From an uncultured Chloracidobacterium sp. (GTDB taxonomy: Bacteria; Acidobacteriota; Blastocatellia; Pyrinomonadales; Pyrinomonadaceae), in the NCBI GenBank assembly GCA_964643745.1, contig CAZXTS010000001.1:1-46624 (forward strand): a stretch of 46,624 nt of DNA, read 5' to 3'. Below the pieces are notes generated by a model. That model searched no databases, had not been told where the DNA came from, and worked only from the letters and a program-made list of their open reading frames with translations. How positions within the stretch are numbered: the first letter of the stretch is position 1; each line of letters begins with the position of its first letter. Shown one piece after another: positions 1 to 9,338 of the stretch. The position numbers and the translations under genes were made by a program.

Positions 1-1
1 G

Positions 2-2524
2 GTCGATGCACCGATGGCCGGTACTATCACCGGACGTGTGTTCCAGGATTTTAACGGGAATGGTTTGTACGAAACAGGCGGCGGCACCACGGCAGCGCCC
101 ACCGCGGTCGACTCAGGTACTGCAAACGTAACGGTTTCAGCATACGATGCTGCAGGCATGCTTCGCGGAACCGCTACGACAGCCGCTGACGGCACATATA
201 GCCTATCGGCGACCGGAACCGGGCCATATCGTATCGAATTTACGAATCTGCCAGCAGGCTATTTGCCATCCGCCCGAAGCACGTCTTCAGTGGGCGCAGG
301 ATCTGCCTCAAACGCGGGTACGACAGTTCGCTTCGTAAACGATGGCAACACTGGCAATGTCAATCTTGCGATAAATCGGCCCGGAGACTATTGCGAAAAC
401 AACCCGGTAATGTGTTCCCAGCTCTATGGCGTGGGTGATGCCACACAAGACGATGCAGTTTTTACTATTCCATATTATGCGGGAAGTACACGAACGACCG
501 GAGGAACCCCAGTCACTGATTTTACGTCACCAGGGAACACAAGTCTCGCTAACACGGACCAGGTAGGCACCACTTTCGGCATCGCGTATCAGCGCTCGTC
601 GCGAAGAGTTTTTGTTTCGGCGGTGATGAAGAAACACACCAAGTTTGGTCCGGGTGGTCCGGGCGCGATCTATGTTGTCGATAGGAACTCGGGTGTAGTT
701 TCGGAGTATGCGAATCTTAATACGATCTTCGGTGCCGGAACAGCGGGAACCGACCCGCACAACCCGCTCGATTACAACACAGACAATGGTCAGGCAACGT
801 GGAATGCGGTCGGGAAGATCGCATTCGGCGGAATGGCGATGTCGGCCGACGAGCAATATCTTTTCGCAATGAATCTTGCCAACCGCAGGCTTTATCGAAT
901 TCCGACCTCGGGGCCAATAGATTCCACGACCATCACAAGTTATGCGTTTCCTACGACGATGCCAAACTGCACGGCGGCCTCGGAGGTTCGTCCTTTTGCC
1001 GTAGCCTGGTACGAGGACTCGGTCTACGTTGGAGCGGTATGTTCACGCGAAACCTCAAGCGGAACTATTTCGACAAACCTGCGGGCGTATGTGTATCGGT
1101 TCAACCCAACAACGTCGACCTTTGCCGGAACTCCTGATATGAACTTCCGGCTCAACTACACTAGGCTGGAGACCGATCCCGGCTTCAGTGCGGCTTGGCG
1201 GAATTGGCGAACGAATTATGTAACGCTAAGCGGTAGCCATTTTATTTACCCGCAACCTATGTTTACCGATCTGGATTTTGATCGGGGGAATATGATTCTT
1301 TCATTCCGTGACCGAAACGGTGACCAATCGGGATACAACAGTGCAAGTAATCCGAACAACCCGAGCCAGCTTTTCAAGGGAATAACCGCAGGAGACATCT
1401 TGCGGGCGTGCGGAAATCCGACATCAGGTTGGACGCTTGAATCGAACGGCCGATGTGCCTCGATCGGAAATGCACCGCAAAATTCTAATGAAGGCCCGGG
1501 CGGCGGTGAGTACTATTATCAGGACAATTATCATCCGAACGGGAACCCGCATGACGAGGTAGGGCTTGGTGCTGCATCGCAGATACCGGGACATAACGTG
1601 TTGGTAGCGACGATTTTCGACCCAACATACATCCCGAACGACAATATTTACGATGCAGGCGGTTTCCGCTGGTTCAATAACTCGACTGGTGCGCAGAACC
1701 GCGGCTACCTCGCATATTGGCTCTCCGATTTCGGCAAAGCGAACGGTATCGGAAACGTTCATCCGCTTTGCGAAGCTTCGCCGATCGAGATCGGGAATCG
1801 AGTCTGGCGTGATTCGAACGCAAATGGCGTTCAGGATCCGGGCGAACCGCCGATCGCAGGCGTTACAGTCCGACTTTATCTGGGCAGCGTATTGATCGCA
1901 ACTGCGGTGACCGATGCGAACGGTGAGTATTACTTTATTTCAGCAAGTTCTATAGACCCCAACACGACCGATAATATCGGCTGGGTCAACGGCGGTATTC
2001 AATACAATACGGCGTACCAGGTTCGGGCAGATAATCCGGCTGACTATGGGATAAGCGGACCATTGTTTGGGCTTCAGGCAACGACACCGTTTCAAACTTC
2101 TCAGGCCGGAGACGACGTTTCGTCGGATTCGAACGCAATAACGACGATCCACCCATCCGGATCGCCCGCTGGTGTTTTCCCAGTTGTATTTGCAACAACC
2201 GGAGGCCAGGGCAGCAATGATCATCGGTTCGATATCGGTTTCCGATTGGCACCTGCGTCTGCAAACGTGTCGATCTCTGGTTCCGTTCGAACTGCCAGTG
2301 GCATGCCGCTACGCAATATCGCGGTAACGCTTACCGATATGAATGGAAATGTTCGCACGGCCCATACGAGCAGCTTTGGCTACTATAGTTTCGAAGATGC
2401 TATGGCAGGAGCGACATATTTGGTAGAGGTTCACGGTCGGAAATATACATTTAGTGTTCCTGTGCGAACGGTGGTTGCGGATGAAAAGATAGCCAACGTT
2501 GATTTCTACGCAGATCTGCAATGA
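2..2524 (+). CDS. Large secreted repeat protein with SdrD B-like and carboxypeptidase-regulatory-like domains; 5' end cut by the window edge
   Basis: The reading frame is open to base 2 (VDAP precedes the first ATG at 14). '[11 protein letters not shown]' and '[29 protein letters not shown]...DANGEYYF' match the SdrD B-type repeat signature. The C-terminal '[26 protein letters not shown]...SFGYYSF' looks like a CarboxypepD_reg beta-sandwich. A hairpin plus T-run lies downstream. Confidence 0.6.
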   Translation, partial: VDAPMAGTITGRVFQDFNGNGLYETGGGTTAAPTAVDSGTANVTVSAYDAAGMLRGTATTAADGTYSLSATGTGPYRIEFTNLPAGYLPSARSTSSVGAGSASNAGTTVRFVNDGNTGNVNLAINRPGDYCENNPVMCSQLYGVGDATQDDAVFTIPYYAGSTRTTGGTPVTDFTSPGNTSLANTDQVGTTFGIAYQRSSRRVFVSAVMKKHTKFGPGGPGAIYVVDRNSGVVSEYANLNTIFGAGTAGTDPHNPLDYNTDNGQATWNAVGKIAFGGMAMSADEQYLFAMNLANRRLYRIPTSGPIDSTTITSYAFPTTMPNCTAASEVRPFAVAWYEDSVYVGAVCSRETSSGTISTNLRAYVYRFNPTTSTFAGTPDMNFRLNYTRLETDPGFSAAWRNWRTNYVTLSGSHFIYPQPMFTDLDFDRGNMILSFRDRNGDQSGYNSASNPNNPSQLFKGITAGDILRACGNPTSGWTLESNGRCASIGNAPQNSNEGPGGGEYYYQDNYHPNGNPHDEVGLGAASQIPGHNVLVATIFDPTYIPNDNIYDAGGFRWFNNSTGAQNRGYLAYWLSDFGKANGIGNVHPLCEASPIEIGNRVWRDSNANGVQDPGEPPIAGVTVRLYLGSVLIATAVTDANGEYYFISASSIDPNTTDNIGWVNGGIQYNTAYQVRADNPADYGISGPLFGLQATTPFQTSQAGDDVSSDSNAITTIHPSGSPAGVFPVVFATTGGQGSNDHRFDIGFRLAPASANVSISGSVRTASGMPLRNIAVTLTDMNGNVRTAHTSSFGYYSFEDAMAGATYLVEVHGRKYTFSVPVRTVVADEKIANVDFYADLQ

Positions 2525-2550
2525 GCAACAGTGCTCAAGTTAAATGTGCG

Positions 2551-2583
2551 AAGCGGCCTGAGTTGATCGGGCCGCTTTTTTAT
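2551..2583 (+). terminator. Rho-independent terminator candidate
   Basis: An 8-bp stem AAGCGGCC/GGCCGCTT with a ~11-nt loop is followed by a T-run (2576-2581), 27 nt after the stop of the + strand CDS. The T-run abuts the stop codon of the convergent gene. Confidence 0.6.
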
Positions 2584-2852
2584 AGTTTGCCTAGCAGCAT
2601 CAGAATTCCGATGATTATGAATGCCGCTGCGACGATCCGTTGAAGCCACTCGGTCGGAACATATTGATTCAGAATGCCCCCCACAAGAACGCCTAGCAGC
2701 GAAACAAGGACCAGTGCCAGACTCGCACCGAGGAACACCGCGATCTTCGAATCGGTCTTTGCAGAAAGCGTGATAATCGCCAGCTGGGTCTTATCGCCGA
2801 GTTCAGCCAGAAAAAGCGTCAAAAAAGCGGTACCGAATATCTTCCATTCCAT
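2580..2852 (-). CDS. UPF0016 (GDT1/TMEM165-like) single-domain membrane protein, putative cation (Mn2+/Ca2+) transporter half-unit
   Basis: 90 aa with 3 predicted TM helices. It carries the family signature E-x-G-D-K-T ('FLAELGDKTQLA') in TM1. Confidence 0.8.
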   Translation of the reverse strand: MEWKIFGTAFLTLFLAELGDKTQLAIITLSAKTDSKIAVFLGASLALVLVSLLGVLVGGILNQYVPTEWLQRIVAAAFIIIGILMLLGKL

Positions 2853-2907
2853 ACCGCGATTCTAGCAACTAAAATTGGGTTAACGTGAACCGTCAGGTCG
2901 ATTCTTT

Positions 2908-3720
2908 TTAATCATCGACCAGTTCTTCAAATCGCCGCCTCAATGCCATTCGGTCAAGCAATCGGCTTCGTCTTGCAAGTACGGCACGCATTCGGTAGGT
3001 CGTTTGGTCGAAAAGCAGTGAATTCTCGCGGCTTTGACGCAAACGGAGCAAGATGTGTGCGAGCAGAGCCGAGATCGCATCGGCAAGCTGGCCGGCAGTT
3101 ATATTCTCAGAAACGTAAAGTCTTCCTTCCTTGAACTCCAAAGCGCTTGCTTCCGGTGCAAGAAACGGAAACCGTTCAGAATTCACCTTACACGCTTTAT
3201 AGAACAGCAGTTCAAAATCCAATCCTTGCTTTTCGAATGCAGCGGCAGCATTCTTCAGGATCTCCAGGACAAGCTCCTTGAACTCTTCGCGATCGCGATT
3301 GATCGAAGCGATGTCCAGAATATCAGCCTCCGCAAACACCGACGAAGCGTTCGTATCGCAAAACCCGAACGCCATTTTTCTAGCGCCGGATACGATCGCT
3401 TCGTCAACAAATACGCGATTCAATTGCTTTCGCGTTTGGGGGGAAACTTCTTCGGAAAACACATGGATCCGACCGTTTGGTTCTTGTGCCCTGACAAGAA
3501 TGTTTCTAAATGCGATCTCCCCGTCTTTCAGGCGACCCGCAAGATGGTCGTATTCGCGGGCATGCACCTGATTTCTAGGGCGAAAGACGATATCGGCTTC
3601 ATAGGCGCTCAGCTCCAAATGAACACGGCCAACGAACTGCAGCGAATAAAGGTGTTTGACCAGACTGCTTAGGTCAACAAATGACGTGTTTAGGTTCTGA
3701 TGGATCGGATATACCTTCAT
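2908..3720 (-). CDS. Hypothetical cytoplasmic protein
   Basis: 270-aa ORF with no signal peptide. The N-terminal ~90 aa ('LQFVGRVHLELSAYEADIVFRPRNQVHA') loosely resembles DUF4388-type domains. No catalytic motif is recognised. Confidence 0.5.
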   Translation of the reverse strand: MKVYPIHQNLNTSFVDLSSLVKHLYSLQFVGRVHLELSAYEADIVFRPRNQVHAREYDHLAGRLKDGEIAFRNILVRAQEPNGRIHVFSEEVSPQTRKQLNRVFVDEAIVSGARKMAFGFCDTNASSVFAEADILDIASINRDREEFKELVLEILKNAAAAFEKQGLDFELLFYKACKVNSERFPFLAPEASALEFKEGRLYVSENITAGQLADAISALLAHILLRLRQSRENSLLFDQTTYRMRAVLARRSRLLDRMALRRRFEELVDD

Positions 3721-3933
3721 CTTTACTAATGTCCAGCGGGTAAATTATCTGAAACTCTTTGAGTGTCGATATATCGAATGAATGCCCGGTTCCAGAAAGC
3801 GCGACATTATTTTTGTTCGGTGGCTATTTTTGCTTACATTTACTTACACTTCACCGAAAACTATTTGCGTTTCCTTTTCGTCTTAGTTGGTTGAACAGCT
3901 AATATTAGGTATCGATCTAACGGAGGATTTTAT

Positions 3934-4479
3934 ATGGTTCAGTGGTATTCGGTAATTGTCTTGATCTTTGTGTTTGCAGCTTCGATCTTTGCTCAGGATA
4001 AGCTGCCAAATTACTCGGGCACTTGGGTTCTGGATGCGGGTGCATCAAAAATGGGTGAGATGAGCCGCGTTGAAACTATGACGCTGACCGTTTCGCAGGA
4101 TGAAAAGAATATCTCCATTCAGACGTCCGTTAAACGCACTGAATCGGTTGAAGCCGGACGCGTTGCAGGCGGACGCGGCGGTTTCGGGCGAGGCGCCGCC
4201 GGTGACAGCTCCGTCGCCTATTCATTGGACGGCAAAGAGACAACCACGCAGACGGATACGCCGGCCGGGCCGATGCCGGTAAAAATGAAAGCAAAGTTTG
4301 ATAAGGGTGTTCTGAAGCTTAGTCAATCACGCACATTTAACGGCCCTATGGGAGAGATCACAACAACGGCCAAAGAGGACTGGAGCCTGTCGGAGGATGG
4401 AAAGGTTTTGACCATCAAGCGGGAGATGCAGAGTCCGCGCGGAAATAATTCATCAACCCTGGTTTTCAAGAAGAGCTAG
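3934..4479 (+). CDS. Secreted hypothetical protein
   Basis: N-terminal signal peptide (VIVLIFVFAASIFAQD). GGAGG lies 6 nt upstream of the ATG. A Gly/Arg-rich loop sits in a beta-rich body, and a terminator hairpin lies downstream. Confidence 0.6.
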   Translation: MVQWYSVIVLIFVFAASIFAQDKLPNYSGTWVLDAGASKMGEMSRVETMTLTVSQDEKNISIQTSVKRTESVEAGRVAGGRGGFGRGAAGDSSVAYSLDGKETTTQTDTPAGPMPVKMKAKFDKGVLKLSQSRTFNGPMGEITTTAKEDWSLSEDGKVLTIKREMQSPRGNNSSTLVFKKS

Positions 4480-4489
4480 GTTAAGCAAA

Positions 4490-4533
4490 AAAGAAAGAGG
4501 CACGCGAACCGACCGGCGAGCCTCTTTTTTTTG
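4490..4533. terminator. Bidirectional terminator candidate between convergent genes
   Basis: AGAGGC-N18-GCCTCT, with an A-rich run upstream and T8 downstream (4525-4532). Confidence 0.55.
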
Positions 4534-4545
4534 TCCCAAAGTGCC

Positions 4546-5505
4546 CTATTCCGGAAAGCTCAATTCTTCGACGATCTCTTTCGCATATTTTCGAGCTAGC
4601 TCAAGTTCGTCAGGTTTGAGCGAAATTGCTCCGACCACAGCATGTCCGCCGCCTCCGTAGCGCTCGCATATTTCTGCGACATTGTGGGCACGGGGCCTTG
4701 GAGCCCATGGATTTGACCCGACCGAGATCTTCGTTCGAAAGTCGCTTTGGCTCACCGAAACGACGTAGGTGGTCGCAGGGTAAAAGTAGTACGGAATGAA
4801 CTTGTTGTAACCTTCGATGCCGGTTCCTGCAAGATCGAAAGTGACGACACCGCGATAATGTGCGGCCCTTTCTTTGATCAGTGCTACCGTGGACCAATGC
4901 TGCTCAAGGATCGGGTCAAGACGTTCCTTTATCACCACGTCCACGATAATTTCGTCGAGCCTTTGCTCGGTCAGCATTCTAATGATCTTTTCCACGAAAG
5001 CCGGATCCTTCTCACCCTCGATCACCTGCATCAGCTTTAGGGCAGACGACTTAAGCTCAACGCATTGAGCGGCATCTTCATAAAAGGCCCCGTCGATTAT
5101 GTGTGCCCAGTCGATAAGTTCGTCGAGGAACGGATCTTCGAAGCCATATTTCTCTTTTGCGACGCGGGCGATGAATTCGGCACAAGAAGCGCTCTTTGTA
5201 TCCAAAAACTTCTGGCCGGAGGTGTCTGCTAAAAAGTGCTGCTCGTCTGCTTCGGAAAGAAATGCCGATTGATGGTGGTCAAACCACCAGGTCAGGCGGT
5301 CGTCGGCACAGTATTTGAAATCAACGATGGCATTCTCATCTCCGTCAAACTGTTCGCGTTCGAAGGCATTTCCAGCGCGATGCATCGTCGGTGTATAGCC
5401 GATCTCGGCATCCGCGGCGATCACCGCACGATAAAATTTCGAAAAGATCGCCGCAGACGAAACGCCGTCAAAACAATTTCCGTGATAAAGGATCCGAAGT
5501 CTCAT
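4546..5505 (-). CDS. DHH/DHHA1-family phosphoesterase
   Basis: The N-terminal 'ILYHGNCFDGVSSAAIF' and C-terminal 'GGGHAVVGA' (the GGGH motif of DHHA1) are typical of DHH-superfamily phosphoesterases. Confidence 0.7.
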   Translation of the reverse strand: MRLRILYHGNCFDGVSSAAIFSKFYRAVIAADAEIGYTPTMHRAGNAFEREQFDGDENAIVDFKYCADDRLTWWFDHHQSAFLSEADEQHFLADTSGQKFLDTKSASCAEFIARVAKEKYGFEDPFLDELIDWAHIIDGAFYEDAAQCVELKSSALKLMQVIEGEKDPAFVEKIIRMLTEQRLDEIIVDVVIKERLDPILEQHWSTVALIKERAAHYRGVVTFDLAGTGIEGYNKFIPYYFYPATTYVVSVSQSDFRTKISVGSNPWAPRPRAHNVAEICERYGGGGHAVVGAISLKPDELELARKYAKEIVEELSFPE

Positions 5506-5590
5506 AGATTATGATTTGCCCGCAGGCAAAACATTCTAGGTTAGAGTTCGGATGCGGTTTCGTCAAGGGCAACAACCGGCGTTGGCCTTT

Positions 5591-5642
5591 AGCCGCGAAA
5601 TCACGAATAAAAAGCGTTGAAAAAATTCGTGCATTCGTGGCT
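5591..5642. repeat. Imperfect palindromic extragenic element, copy A (18-nt arms, 16-nt loop)
   Basis: The 5' arm is AGCCGCGAAATCACGAAT (5591-5608). The 3' arm is ATTCGTGCATTCGTGGCT (5625-5642), with 15/18 positions complementary. The 3' arm is a tandem heptamer ATTCGTG-C-ATTCGTG-G and is identical to 32810-32827. Confidence 0.75.
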
Positions 5643-5681
5643 AAATTCTGTCTAAGGCGGTCTGCAAGCCTCTTGGGAAAC

Positions 5682-6227
5682 TTATTTTCGCGGTTTCGAG
5701 AATACGGCCGGCAGTGGATTGTCCGGCGTTTCCGCGAGCCAAAAGATGTTCATAACCCACCAGCGTTTCCCGTCATAATGAAGCTGAAAACTATTGATGC
5801 CGCGCATAAAAGGTTCCTTATCTTCCTTAGTACTAAACGCCTCGTAAGACGAGAAAACCTGGGCGATGTTGCCGTATTGATCGACCTTGCGAACGATCTC
5901 GCGTTCGTGAAAACCGTTCTTTTCGAAGAACGGCGAATTGCCTTTTATGTAGTCATCGGCGGACATTACTCTCGCACCCGAGACCCCTGTCTGCTGATTT
6001 TTTCCAGTAGGTATAAGGCGGCCGTCCTTATGAAATAGCGAACGGAATCGGTCCCAATCGCGGGGTTTACCGGCATCGCCGGAGATTACGTCATAAACGG
6101 CTTTCGTTATTCCGTCGATCGTCGCTACATCGGCCGGAGCGGCTTCCTTTCTAGTTTCCGTGGTTTGGGCAGAAACGGTTGAAAAAGAAATGAAGAGTGC
6201 CAATAGAAACAAGAATGTGTATTTCAT
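5682..6227 (-). CDS. Secreted NTF2-like (SnoaL/DUF4440-like) protein
   Basis: Signal peptide MKYTFLFLLALFISFSTVSAQ. The C-terminal 'GINSFQLHYDGKRWWVMNIFW' is typical of NTF2-fold family proteins. Confidence 0.6.
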   Translation of the reverse strand: MKYTFLFLLALFISFSTVSAQTTETRKEAAPADVATIDGITKAVYDVISGDAGKPRDWDRFRSLFHKDGRLIPTGKNQQTGVSGARVMSADDYIKGNSPFFEKNGFHEREIVRKVDQYGNIAQVFSSYEAFSTKEDKEPFMRGINSFQLHYDGKRWWVMNIFWLAETPDNPLPAVFSKPRK

Positions 6228-6259
6228 TCTCGGTTTTACGCACGTTGGTGTGCAAGGTT

Positions 6260-7153
6260 TCAGGGGATTCTGCTTTGCATCTCACGCGTTGTTTCGATGC
6301 GGTCCTGCGCCTCGCGGGAAAGATGCGAAAGCAGATCAAATCCGGTTCGTTCTTCGATCGTGCGAATGGTCGTTACATATCGCTCCCACGGGTGCTCTTC
6401 GATCTCGAACGAATTTGGTATATCGACGGCGATGATGCGCATTCTGCGGTCAAGGTCTTCGATCTTCTTTCCGCGCGGCACAATGGCGATAATTTTCCAG
6501 CAGTTCGAGGGCACAGTTACCTTGTTTCGCAAGACGCGAAGCTCGCCGTAAACACCGGCGATCTGATAAACATCGAGTCCCTTCCAAGCCTGCGACCGTG
6601 CATACGATTCGAGCTTTTCCCACGGGCCTCGATTAAGTGCCGGAGTTTGCGGAACAATGTTCGTCATCAAAAAGGTCTCTTCGTTCAGGCGTTTGTTGGC
6701 GAATCTGTCAGCGCTCGGAACGAGATGGCCACGGTCAAAACCGCTCCCCGAATAGTCAAAATACTGAATACGACGAAATCCGTCTGGCAATCTCGGATCC
6801 GGAGAGAAATCAGGACGCGGGATGGAATTGCCGAGATCGGCTCTCACCGTTTTCCACGATATCCAATTCGCCGTTCCGCGAGAATTGTTGTACGAGATCA
6901 CAGAACCGTCACCAACGATCAGGAAATTATCTCGATCTTCCGGACCCGCGTTCGTCAGATCTCCAAAGCCGAGGTGAATGCTCTCGATCTGCGGCGAACC
7001 CTCGGAGACAGCTTCATTGCTATCTGGTTCAACAGTCTGGCTATTTCGTTGAAAGCGTTCGCACGACAGCGCGAATATCGCGAGTGTTAGACAAACAACG
7101 ATTAGAAAATTGGGCCAGACGAAACGAAGTAGCATTGAAAGTGATTCTAGCAA
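6260..7153 (-). CDS. Extracellular DNA/RNA non-specific endonuclease (NucA/Serratia-nuclease family)
   Basis: An N-terminal hydrophobic anchor/signal is present. The active-site motif 'FDRGHLVPSADR' (DRGH) and the downstream 'NIVPQ...LNRGPW' are as in the beta-beta-alpha-Me nuclease family. Confidence 0.8.
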   Translation of the reverse strand: MLESLSMLLRFVWPNFLIVVCLTLAIFALSCERFQRNSQTVEPDSNEAVSEGSPQIESIHLGFGDLTNAGPEDRDNFLIVGDGSVISYNNSRGTANWISWKTVRADLGNSIPRPDFSPDPRLPDGFRRIQYFDYSGSGFDRGHLVPSADRFANKRLNEETFLMTNIVPQTPALNRGPWEKLESYARSQAWKGLDVYQIAGVYGELRVLRNKVTVPSNCWKIIAIVPRGKKIEDLDRRMRIIAVDIPNSFEIEEHPWERYVTTIRTIEERTGFDLLSHLSREAQDRIETTREMQSRIP

Positions 7154-7237
7154 AGCATTCGTTTGATTTCCCGCGCCAGTCCGGCAAACGGGAAAGACGG
7201 ATTCGGAAGTGGTGCCGGATAGGATAAAATCAAGTTA

Positions 7238-8299
7238 ATGTCGCATTTGCCGCATTTGACCGGATTTTCGCGGACGGAACTCACTACATTCTTTGCAGAA
7301 TTAGGTGAGCCGCGTTTTCGCGCAGATCAGGTGTTCAGGGGGTTGCACGGCCGGCGGCTTACGTCATTTGACGAAATGACCGACCTGCCAAAAGCGGTCC
7401 GCGAGAAGTTGATCGATGCGACGACGATCTCAACGCTTTCGGTCGAATCGCGATTCACTTCGGTTGACGGAACACGTCGATTTTTGATGAAAACACATGA
7501 CGGTTATCCGGTCGAGGCGGTTTTTATCCCGACGGAGAATCGCGACACCATCTGTTTTTCGTCGCAATCCGGCTGTCCGCTCAAATGCGATTTTTGTCTG
7601 ACGGCTAGGCTTGGTTTGCTCAGAAATCTGACCGCCGGCGAGATAGTTGAGCAAATAATTATTGTCCTGAATGACGTTTACGGTGTTGGAATGGAAACGC
7701 CGCACGGGACCAATCTGGTCGCAATGGGTGAAGGCGAGCCATTTCTGAATTTTGAGAATCTAATCAAGGCGTTAGGCCTGATGGCCGATGAAAAAGGCCT
7801 GCATATCGTGCCCGGACGCGTGACCGTTTCAACCGCAGGCATTGTTCCGAAAATATACGAATTCGCCGAACTTGAGCGGCGTCCGAACCTGGCCATTTCA
7901 TTGACAGCGGCGAACGACGAACTCAGAGACAGGCTGATGCCGATCAACAAACGCTGGCCGATCAGAGAGCTGATGGCATCCGCAAAAGCGTTTGAGAAAA
8001 CGCTAAAACGCGGCGAGCGATTTACTTTTGAATATGTCTTGCTCGGAGGTGTGAATGATTCTGCGGAACATGCCAATGAGCTCGCGGCGCTGATTCGAAT
8101 GAACGATCTGAAAAAAGTGAAGATAAATCTGATACCGCACAATCCGGCTGAACCTCTTGAATATCAGCCTTCTATGCCCGAACAAGTCAAGGCGTTTAAG
8201 GAAATACTCGAATCACTGGGCGTTTCGGCCTATATCAGAACGCCGCGTGGACGCGATATTTACGCGGCGTGCGGACAACTTGCGGCGAAGGCCGCTTAA
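7238..8299 (+). CDS. rlmN: 23S rRNA/tRNA (adenine-C2)-methyltransferase RlmN (radical SAM)
   Basis: Full-length collinear similarity to RlmN. Radical-SAM cluster motif 'CPLKCDFCLT' and C-terminal 'GRDIYAACGQL' with the catalytic Cys are present. Confidence 0.9.
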   Translation: MSHLPHLTGFSRTELTTFFAELGEPRFRADQVFRGLHGRRLTSFDEMTDLPKAVREKLIDATTISTLSVESRFTSVDGTRRFLMKTHDGYPVEAVFIPTENRDTICFSSQSGCPLKCDFCLTARLGLLRNLTAGEIVEQIIIVLNDVYGVGMETPHGTNLVAMGEGEPFLNFENLIKALGLMADEKGLHIVPGRVTVSTAGIVPKIYEFAELERRPNLAISLTAANDELRDRLMPINKRWPIRELMASAKAFEKTLKRGERFTFEYVLLGGVNDSAEHANELAALIRMNDLKKVKINLIPHNPAEPLEYQPSMPEQVKAFKEILESLGVSAYIRTPRGRDIYAACGQLAAKAA

Positions 8300-8306
8300 G
8301 AAACGT

Positions 8307-8825
8307 ATGGAGTTACTCATCCCCGGGCTGGCGTTGGTCGCGTTAATGGTCTGGGCTTCGACACGAATAAAGCGAAATGCCGCAGCGGCTTTCGACGCCG
8401 AAACGATCGAGACGGAAGATCTCACTTTGGAAAAACCGGACGGTTTTCTGCACGTGCTGAACGATGACTCGGGTCTCGCGTTTCGTGCATACTCAAAAGA
8501 CTATGGTTCCGAGGAACTCAATGGAATAAGAAAGGCTACGATCGAGATTAATATACATAAGAGCACTTCGATCGCGGACAGACTGGCTTCGATCGAGTCC
8601 GAAAACGGCCCGGTCGAAAATATAGAAAGGTTCTTGGACGGCGGCGAAGGTGCGATGGTTTTGGAAGCCAATACTACGGAAAACAAAATAGACCGGAGAT
8701 CGTATTATAAACTTGTACAGCGGGGCGAGCGGATATTTGAACTTCGAGTCGATGTGCTTTCACAATTTAACGACGAATACGCAAACGTCGCGCAAGACAT
8801 CGCTACCAGTTTTAAGGCAAAATAG
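8307..8825 (+). CDS. Membrane-anchored hypothetical protein
   Basis: The track ORF 8157..8825 overlaps rlmN. The ATG at 8307 (MELLIPGLALVALMVWAS = single N-terminal TM) starts 8 nt after the rlmN stop. Confidence 0.55.
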   Translation: MELLIPGLALVALMVWASTRIKRNAAAAFDAETIETEDLTLEKPDGFLHVLNDDSGLAFRAYSKDYGSEELNGIRKATIEINIHKSTSIADRLASIESENGPVENIERFLDGGEGAMVLEANTTENKIDRRSYYKLVQRGERIFELRVDVLSQFNDEYANVAQDIATSFKAK

Positions 8826-8868
8826 ACAGGTTTCGGCGCATCAAACGCAGTACTTCCCGAAGGTAATC

Positions 8869-9336
8869 ATGAAAAAATCATTCTTTTTAGTCGCAATTGC
8901 AGCATTTCTATCTTTTGGTTTCACGCTCGACGCCAACAGTCAGACAGTATCCGGCTCGATCGGAAACGGCACGGTTGCACGCGGAGGCAGTGCTCGCGGC
9001 ACGATCGTACTTACCATTCCCGGAAATCTCCACGTTAATTCGTCGCGGCCAAGCAGCGAGTATTTGATCCCAACATCGGTAAGGTTAACCGCCAAGGGAG
9101 GACGCGTTACGGGCGTAACCTATCCGCGAGGTATTAATCGTAAATTCCAATTTTCCGAAACACCTATAAATGTTTACAAAGGAACGGTTCGATTTCCGTT
9201 CACGGTTCGGGTGCCGGCAAGTTTTCGAGGAAACACAGTCACCGTAACAGCGGTCGTTCGATATCAGGCTTGTACGGACGAGGTTTGCTATCCGCCAAGG
9301 AACCGAACCGTAACAATGACCGCCCGTGTTCGTTAG
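8869..9336 (+). CDS. Secreted stand-alone DsbD N-terminal (DsbD-alpha)-like thiol:disulfide interchange domain protein
   Basis: The internal ATG at 8869 gives the signal peptide MKKSFFLVAIAAFLSFGFTLDANSQ. The C-terminal 'VVRYQACTDEVCYPP' closely matches the DsbD-alpha redox motif (YQGC...CYPP). Confidence 0.7.
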   Translation: MKKSFFLVAIAAFLSFGFTLDANSQTVSGSIGNGTVARGGSARGTIVLTIPGNLHVNSSRPSSEYLIPTSVRLTAKGGRVTGVTYPRGINRKFQFSETPINVYKGTVRFPFTVRVPASFRGNTVTVTAVVRYQACTDEVCYPPRNRTVTMTARVR

Positions 9337-9338
9337 GT

